Under the pieces are notes generated by a model. That model was not told the DNA's origin. It saw nothing but the letters and a program-made list of their open reading frames with translations, and did no database searches. The position numbers and the translations under genes were made by a program. A stretch of 64,000 bases of DNA from Candidatus Krumholzibacteriia bacterium (GTDB lineage Bacteria > Krumholzibacteriota > Krumholzibacteriia > JAJRXK01). Positions 58,229-64,000 of this stretch are shown here, in pieces. Positions within the stretch are counted from its first letter, which is position 1. Every line of letters begins with the position of its first letter. The stretch covers positions 192,001 through 256,000 of the forward strand of contig JBGPIA010000001.1 in the NCBI GenBank assembly GCA_041484665.1, in the 5' to 3' direction.

Positions 58229-59278
58229 CTACTTCGATGGGGTGAAGACGAAGGGCGTGTTGAACGCTACGGTGCCTTCGGGGATGGCGGGGAACTTCCA
58301 AGCGCGCAGCTGCGCCAGCACGCACTCCCGCATGGCGGGAGCGCCCAGGCTGTCCGCGACGATGGCGGCCTCTAGCACTTCACCCGAGGCAGCAACCACC
58401 AGGCTGACGACGATCTTGCCGCGCAACGACGGGTTGCGCTTGAGCTCGTTGTCATAGCAGAACTGGATGCCCGGGGCGTAGCGCCGCACCACCGCGAGCA
58501 GCGACGCGTTGCTGCGGCCCGGCGCGCGCGCCCCTGCGCCACCGGTCCCTGTACCGCCCACCACGCCACCCACACCGCTACCGGCACCCCCAACCGCGCC
58601 GCCCCCTGTCCCGGAGCCGCTCGGTCCGCCGTCGCCACCCGCGCCGCCACTCCATCCGCTCGCGGTGAGCCCCGTGATGGCCTCGATGGAGATGAGCGAG
58701 CTCTGCAACGATGGGCCCGCGGTGGCGGATGCTCCGGCCGGCGCCGCGCCGCCGACCGAGGCCAGCTGCTCCGCGGAGCGCCCGACGCCGACCATTCGCC
58801 GGCGGCCCCCGCCGGCCGCGGGGCTCGCAGAGACGAGAGCGGGCTGCACCGACGACAAGGACGAGGATAGATCCTTGAGGACCGACTGCAGCGAGCCGGT
58901 CACGCTCGCGACCTGTTCGGTGACCTCCCGGCGCGCGCGCTGGCGGCCCACCTGGCCTTGCGGGACCGCCGGCGGCGCGGCGACTGCCGGACTGAGTGGC
59001 GCTTGCTTCGCCTTGTGCGCCGGTGGCGCGCTGGGCTTCGCGGTTTCAGACTCCTTCGACGCCGGCTTGGGCCCGGACTTCGGCCGCACCCGCGCCGCGA
59101 CCTTCTCGCCGTACCGCTCCTGGATGTAGGAGATCTCGCGCAGGACCTCGCGCTTGCGCTCGCGGGGTGCCGGCGGGCGGAGCATGAGCAGCGCCACCAC
59201 CAGGAACACGTGGACCACCACGCTCACGGCGAACCCGCCGCGCGTGGGGCCGCGCCGACTGATCCGCCTGCGGATCAT
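58229..59278 (-). CDS. TonB-like protein with AgmX/PglI (GltG-like) C-terminal domain
   Basis: TM SVVVHVFLV (SHLS-like); Gly-rich linker; IQFCYDNELKRNPSLRGKI...CVLAQLRAWKFP...PFVF. Confidence 0.85.
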   Translation of the reverse strand: MIRRRISRRGPTRGGFAVSVVVHVFLVVALLMLRPPAPRERKREVLREISYIQERYGEKVAARVRPKSGPKPASKESETAKPSAPPAHKAKQAPLSPAVAAPPAVPQGQVGRQRARREVTEQVASVTGSLQSVLKDLSSSLSSVQPALVSASPAAGGGRRRMVGVGRSAEQLASVGGAAPAGASATAGPSLQSSLISIEAITGLTASGWSGGAGGDGGPSGSGTGGGAVGGAGSGVGGVVGGTGTGGAGARAPGRSNASLLAVVRRYAPGIQFCYDNELKRNPSLRGKIVVSLVVAASGEVLEAAIVADSLGAPAMRECVLAQLRAWKFPAIPEGTVAFNTPFVFTPSK

Positions 59279-59688
59279 CGTTGCGCGTCACCCGGCCCTT
59301 CGTGCTCTTTGGTCGCAATCGTGATCCGTGGCGCCTTTGCGGCCTTGACCTCGGCGATCAGCCGCTCAACATCGCTGTAGAGCAGCCCCCGGTCTGCGCA
59401 GATCACCGCCACGGACTCGGGGTTCTCGGCGAAGCGCGGCGCCAGGAGCGCGCGTACATCCGCCAGTTGCACCGGGTGGTCATCGATGGTGATGGTCCCA
59501 TCGAGGGCATAGACCACTTCGGTCTTCTGTTCGTCGTTCACTTCGCTGGCGCGGGCTTTGGGAAGGTCCACCTTGCTGTTGTTGTTGTTCAAGAACGGCG
59601 AGATGACCATGAGCGCCAGCACGACCACCAGCGAAACGTCGATCAGGGGAACCACGCTGACTTTGTCCTTGTACTCGTAGCCGCGCAT
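59275..59688 (-). CDS. exbD: ExbD/TolR family protein
   Basis: VVPLIDVSLVVVLALMV, VDLPKA, ADRGL.Y. Confidence 0.85.
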   Translation of the reverse strand: MRGYEYKDKVSVVPLIDVSLVVVLALMVISPFLNNNNSKVDLPKARASEVNDEQKTEVVYALDGTITIDDHPVQLADVRALLAPRFAENPESVAVICADRGLLYSDVERLIAEVKAAKAPRITIATKEHEGPGDAQR

Positions 59689-59690
59689 GG

Positions 59691-60116
59691 TCAGGCCTGC
59701 CCTTGCGTGTTCACCAGCGACAGGCCCTCGGCCCCGCTGGCCTTGGCGATGTCCAGAACCGTCACCACGTCGGAGAGCCGCACCGGGCCCCGTGGTACGA
59801 CCAGCACGGTCTTGTCCTTGCGCGCGGCGAGCTCCCGCTCCAGCACCGCCCCCAGCTGCGCCAGCGATACCGCCTCGCGGTTCACCGTGATGCCATCGGT
59901 CGCCACGGTGACGATCAGGAGCTCGTCGCTGGGCGGCGGTGGCGTCTCGATGGTGGCGCCGGGACCGGCGTTCTCGGCGCTCACCTGGATGCCGTTCCAG
60001 AGCAACGCCGGCATCGTGACCAGGAAAACGAGGATGAGGATGGTGGTCACGTCGGCGAGCGGCGTGACGTTCACCTCGTTGATACCGTGGTCGACATGCC
60101 TGCGACGGGAAGCCAT
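59691..60116 (-). CDS. exbD: ExbD/TolR family protein
   Basis: EVNVTPLADVTTILILVFLV. Confidence 0.88.
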   Translation of the reverse strand: MASRRRHVDHGINEVNVTPLADVTTILILVFLVTMPALLWNGIQVSAENAGPGATIETPPPPSDELLIVTVATDGITVNREAVSLAQLGAVLERELAARKDKTVLVVPRGPVRLSDVVTVLDIAKASGAEGLSLVNTQGQA

Positions 60117-60125
60117 GGAAACACC

Positions 60126-60824
60126 TCAGCCCAGGAAGCCGGCCGGAGCAGGCTCCTGGACGACCCGGCCGCGCGTACCCGGCGTTGCTGCGGCGGGTGC
60201 GTGCGGCTGGCGGTGGCTCAACTGGCTCAGGAACTCCTCGCGCGCGTCCTCCAGCTCGACGACGCGGATGCGGATGCGGCGCACGAGCACGTTGTAGAAG
60301 ACCGTGGCGATCACGGCGACGAGGATGCCGGCAGCGGTAGTGATCAGCGCCTCCGCCACACCCATCGCTACCACCGCGCTGCCGCCCGCGCCGGTGCGCG
60401 CGATGTCGGCGAACGCGCGGATGATCCCCACGACGGTGCCGAACAGCCCCACCAGCGGGCCGATATTGCTCATGGTGCCGAGCACGCCGATATTGCGCTC
60501 CATCTCCACCTGCTCCACCTCGATGGCGGTGTCCATGCGCTGCTTCAGCTCCGGACGCGTCAGATGCAGGTGGCAGAGACCCTGCTCCAGTACGCGTGGC
60601 ACGGCGCCCTTGCGCTTGCGGCACGTGGAGAGCGCGGCGTCGTAGTCGCCGGCTCCAAGCTTGGGCGCCAGCTCCCGCAAGAAGTGCTCGACGTTCATCG
60701 TGCTCGACTTGAAGTAGAGCAGTCGCTCCACCACGAACGCGAGCGTGACGATCGAGCAGAGGATCAACACCACCAGGGTCGGGGAGGCCCGCAGGAGATC
60801 GACGAACGACATACCACCGAACAT
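60126..60824 (-). CDS. exbB: MotA/TolQ/ExbB proton channel protein
   Basis: GPLVGLFGTVVGIIRAF, GVAEALITTAAGILVA. Confidence 0.9.
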   Translation of the reverse strand: MFGGMSFVDLLRASPTLVVLILCSIVTLAFVVERLLYFKSSTMNVEHFLRELAPKLGAGDYDAALSTCRKRKGAVPRVLEQGLCHLHLTRPELKQRMDTAIEVEQVEMERNIGVLGTMSNIGPLVGLFGTVVGIIRAFADIARTGAGGSAVVAMGVAEALITTAAGILVAVIATVFYNVLVRRIRIRVVELEDAREEFLSQLSHRQPHAPAAATPGTRGRVVQEPAPAGFLG

Positions 60825-60876
60825 GATGACTACTCCCTCTCGTTCTGCGTCGGCTTCATTGCCGGCGGCGCAAGGC

Positions 60877-61392
60877 TCAGGGACGGGCAGCGCCCGTCGG
60901 CGCGCCGGCCGCGTCCAGCCCGAGCGGCTTGAGCAGCACGCGATCGGGCAGGACGACCTCCCGGCCGACATCCAGGCTGGTCGTCAGGTAGCATCGATGA
61001 AGCAGGTCCTGATAGTGCGGCTGGCGGCGCGACGTGATGAACAGGACCTGGGGTACGGCGATCTCGCCTTCAATGGTGATGGCGTCCAGGGTGCGGTCAG
61101 CACCCTTTCCGCCGCTGCGCAGTCGCGACGCCGGACCGGGCTCGGCGCTGGCGCGGGTCGTCGCCGCGCCCGGGACCATGCCCTCGGCAGCCGCTTTGGA
61201 CGTGGCCGCAGGTCGTGCCGCAGGCGTGGCGTTCACCGGGCTCGAAGCCTTGGCCCGCGTGCGCGTGGAAGCGTCGGCCACGGTTGACAGCACGACGACC
61301 GTAACGAGCGCAGCAAGCGCCGTCAGCGCAGCAAACGAGCAGCGCGGAGCGGAGCGCAGCGCGGTGCGCCGGGGAATGGGACGGCGGGGCAT
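60877..61392 (-). CDS. Exported small protein with GltF/CglF-like C-terminal motif
   Basis: Signal/TM, low-complexity linker, LDAITIEGEIAVPQVLFITSR. Confidence 0.55.
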   Translation of the reverse strand: MPRRPIPRRTALRSAPRCSFAALTALAALVTVVVLSTVADASTRTRAKASSPVNATPAARPAATSKAAAEGMVPGAATTRASAEPGPASRLRSGGKGADRTLDAITIEGEIAVPQVLFITSRRQPHYQDLLHRCYLTTSLDVGREVVLPDRVLLKPLGLDAAGAPTGAARP

Positions 61393-61399
61393 CAGAGGC

Positions 61400-62338
61400 T
61401 CACTTCTCGTGCAGCGCCACGGAGCCGCCGTCTGCATTCGGATGGAAGGTCTTGTGGAGCTGATCGGGATCCTCCTGCGAGAGGGCCCAGTACCGGTCGA
61501 ACCACTCGCGTCCCTTCGCGTCGTCGACGAAGTAGAAGCGCTCCACGATGGCAAGGTTGTACAGCGGGCCCGGCAACGTTGGATCCAGCTCGTGCGCCTT
61601 GAGGAAGGACTCGCGCGCGCCCGCGGGATCGCCGGCGTGCAGGCGCGTGATGCCGTAGTTGTTGTGGTTCGCGGCGGCCGCCGGGTTGGCGCGCAGCGCC
61701 TGACGCGCTGGCTCGTCGGCGTGGAGGAAATCGTTGCCGCGCAGCGCGACGTAGGTCAAAGCCGAGCCGGCGCTGGCCCAGTGCGGTCCGGGACCGGCGA
61801 GCCCGCGCACGAGCTCCTGGGCGCGATCGGCCTGGCCCAGCGCCGCGTAGTTCAGGGCGAGATCGGCGAGCAGCTCCGGGCGGTCGGCCGCGCCGTTGGC
61901 GCGCGCTTCCTCGAGCAGATCGACAGCCTCCTGGAAGCGGCGCGCGCGGTACAGCACCTCGGACAACAGCGACAGAGCCGGCGCCAGCATGGGATCCAGG
62001 CGCAAGGCGCGCCGCAGCTCGCGCTCGGACTGCGCGGCGGAGTCGGCTTGGGCATAGGCCAGCCCCTGCTGATAGGCCCAGCGCGCATTCCCCGGATCGG
62101 CCGCCTCCTGCTGCCGCAGCTGCGCCAGTCGTGCCGGCAGTGATCCGCCCTCCGGCTGCGCCGAATGCGACGGGCCCACGGCGGAGGGAGGAGGAATCGT
62201 GGGGTTGTCCTCGGAGTGCCAGGGCATCAGGCTGCACCCGGAGAGCGTCAGGGCGGCCGCGAGCAACAGGAGCCAGGGCTGGCTCCCGGTCCTCGAGACG
62301 CGCGCCGCCGCGCTGCGTGCAATCTGATGGGCCGTCAT
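61400..62338 (-). CDS. TPR lipoprotein (GltE/AglT-like)
   Basis: Lipobox LSGC; multiple TPRs; LYNLAIVERFY...WFDRY. Confidence 0.75.
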   Translation of the reverse strand: MTAHQIARSAAARVSRTGSQPWLLLLAAALTLSGCSLMPWHSEDNPTIPPPSAVGPSHSAQPEGGSLPARLAQLRQQEAADPGNARWAYQQGLAYAQADSAAQSERELRRALRLDPMLAPALSLLSEVLYRARRFQEAVDLLEEARANGAADRPELLADLALNYAALGQADRAQELVRGLAGPGPHWASAGSALTYVALRGNDFLHADEPARQALRANPAAAANHNNYGITRLHAGDPAGARESFLKAHELDPTLPGPLYNLAIVERFYFVDDAKGREWFDRYWALSQEDPDQLHKTFHPNADGGSVALHEK

Positions 62339-62436
62339 GTCCACGATGCGCTCCGTCCGTTCCCGATCCGTCCTCGCCGCGCCGTCGGGCGCCAGCGAGG
62401 GCGCAGGTCGATTCGGCTCGTGCAAAGGCCGTTCCG

Positions 62437-64000
62437 TTATTGTGATGTCACCCCGCCGTCGCCCGCGCTCTGCGCCGAGACCAGGGGATATGCGGCCTCG
62501 GGACGGAAGGCGAAGCGCTGCGCCAAGCGCGGCCACAAGGTCGACCGAGTTCGAGCGATCCAGCCGCCCTCGTCGCCGGGGTCGCTGCCCGCTCGCTTGA
62601 GGAGCTCGCTCCAGGCCTCCTCACCGCGGTCGTAGAACTCCCAGCTCTGCTCCTCGAGGACCTGCCGGTAGGCTGCCAGGTCGTCGGCGGAGAGCTGCGC
62701 AGGGCCCTCGCTGCCTCGCAGCGCATCGCCGAAGTGCACCAGGGCCTCGCCGATACGGTAGGCGCTCGCGGAGGCAAACGGGTTGACACCGCGTTGGGCG
62801 CAGGCACGGTAGCTCTCAAGCACGCTCTCTAGCCGTTTCTTCTTGGCTGCGAGCGATGCTTTCAGCGGCTGCGTGAGGCGCACGGCCTCGTACGCTCGCA
62901 TCTGCTCCTCCGCCTGCAGGAACGCCACCTGCGCGAGGATCTGGGGCGAGGCGAGCGATGCGTGCGTGTTGGCCAGGTCGAGATAGCGCGCCAGGCTGGA
63001 TGCGGGCAAGGCACTCCCCTTGCCCGGCTTGCCCAGGAGCGCGCTCAAAGCCGTCGAGCTGCCGACCTGGGCCAGCTCCGCCAGTGCCCTTCGCTGCAGG
63101 ATTTCCATCGCCGTCTCGACGTCGCCCGGGAAGCGGTCCATGTAGAGCGTGCGCGCATCCTCGGCGGCCCCGGCGTCCCCGGCGGACGCCAGCAGGTCGG
63201 CGGACTTGAGCAGGGCCGCGGCTGCGCCCTGGTCTTTGGGGTAGGCCTGCGCGAATCGACGGTAGGCCTCCGCCGCATCGCGCGGGCGCCGCGCCGCCTC
63301 CCACGCGACGGCGATCTGCAGGTGGGCGTCCCGCACGTATTCGCTGCGCGGATGCCGCGCGATCAGGTCGCTCCAGCAGCGCACCGCGTCGACGGCCGAG
63401 CGGGCTCTTGCGTAGCCCAGTCCTGCTCGGTAAAGCGCCAGATCGGCATGGGCGTAGTCCGGCCAGCGCGCCGCCACCTCGGCGAAGAGCTTCGCTGCGC
63501 GCCCCGGATGCGCGGAGTCGCTGGCAGCCACCGCTTCGGCGTGCTTGACGCGGCACAGCGGAATGACCGGCGCCAAACGCGCGACCAGCGTATCGACCCG
63601 GGCCGCTTTGGCCAGCAGCAGTGCCTGCTCGTAGGCGTCTGCGGCGCGGTCGTAGGCGCCCTGGCGATAGATCGCGTCGCCGCGCAGGCGCGCGGCCATG
63701 GGAGCACGAGGGTCCTGCGGATGGTCGTGCATCAGCCGCTCGAAGGCCGGTGCCGCCCGATCGTTGCGGCCGTGAGCGTAGGCCAGCGTCGCCTGCCGCC
63801 ACAGCACGTCGGCCGCCCGGGCGTCGCGCGGGTACGCCTTCACCAACGTATCGGCTGCCACCGACACCGCGGTGGCCAGCGAATCGGCGCCCAGCCCCCT
63901 GTCCTGCGCCGAGGATACGTGCTTGCGCGTCGACTCGTACCACGCGTCGGTGACGGCGACGCGCTGCCAGAGCGCGTCGGCGCGGAAGCTGGCCGTGTCG
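62437..64000 (-). CDS. Large TPR protein (GltD/AgmU-like), 5' end outside the window
   Basis: Tandem TPRs; C-terminal SLAAKKKRL...ASAYRIGE...PAQLSADDLAAYRQVLEEQ pattern. Confidence 0.7.
   Translation of the reverse strand, partial: DTASFRADALWQRVAVTDAWYESTRKHVSSAQDRGLGADSLATAVSVAADTLVKAYPRDARAADVLWRQATLAYAHGRNDRAAPAFERLMHDHPQDPRAPMAARLRGDAIYRQGAYDRAADAYEQALLLAKAARVDTLVARLAPVIPLCRVKHAEAVAASDSAHPGRAAKLFAEVAARWPDYAHADLALYRAGLGYARARSAVDAVRCWSDLIARHPRSEYVRDAHLQIAVAWEAARRPRDAAEAYRRFAQAYPKDQGAAAALLKSADLLASAGDAGAAEDARTLYMDRFPGDVETAMEILQRRALAELAQVGSSTALSALLGKPGKGSALPASSLARYLDLANTHASLASPQILAQVAFLQAEEQMRAYEAVRLTQPLKASLAAKKKRLESVLESYRACAQRGVNPFASASAYRIGEALVHFGDALRGSEGPAQLSADDLAAYRQVLEEQSWEFYDRGEEAWSELLKRAGSDPGDEGGWIARTRSTLWPRLAQRFAFRPEAAYPLVSAQSAGDGGVTSQ

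Overview
High-GC bacterial DNA, roughly 70% by eye. The FlgD-Ig/'PNPFNP' secreted protein and the gene content suggest an FCB-associated lineage such as Eisenbacteria/Krumholzibacteria/Latescibacteria rather than Bacteroidota (inference). About 2-31 kb holds a contractile type VI secretion locus of the Bacteroidota (subtype iii) flavour: tssB, tssC, two tssD/hcp, vgrG, tssE, tssF, a PASTA-fused tssG, tssK and a divergent clpV. I see no tssJLM or tssN/O/P/Q/R. Instead, tssK is followed by a C-terminally anchored protein, a membrane-anchored TRAFAC GTPase, a GAP1-like membrane protein, a VirB10-like protein and CsgG-like/TPR proteins, and a lipoprotein/beta-barrel operon sits inside the locus. 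Together these are a candidate new T6SS membrane complex. Further on are a diheme cytochrome c, an L,D-transpeptidase operon, porin-modABC and a cysteine operon (Prx, JAMM/Mec, fused CysO-CysM) preceded by an unannotated Cys-rich leader peptide and terminator (attenuator). These are followed by two candidate T6SS effectors (Zn-protease, Zn-phospholipase C) with a possible immunity gene, ettA, an S74-chaperone fibre/FlgD pair, osmC, arcA and an Agl-Glt-like TPR/ExbBD/TonB cluster. All family calls come from motif recognition by eye; no searches were run.
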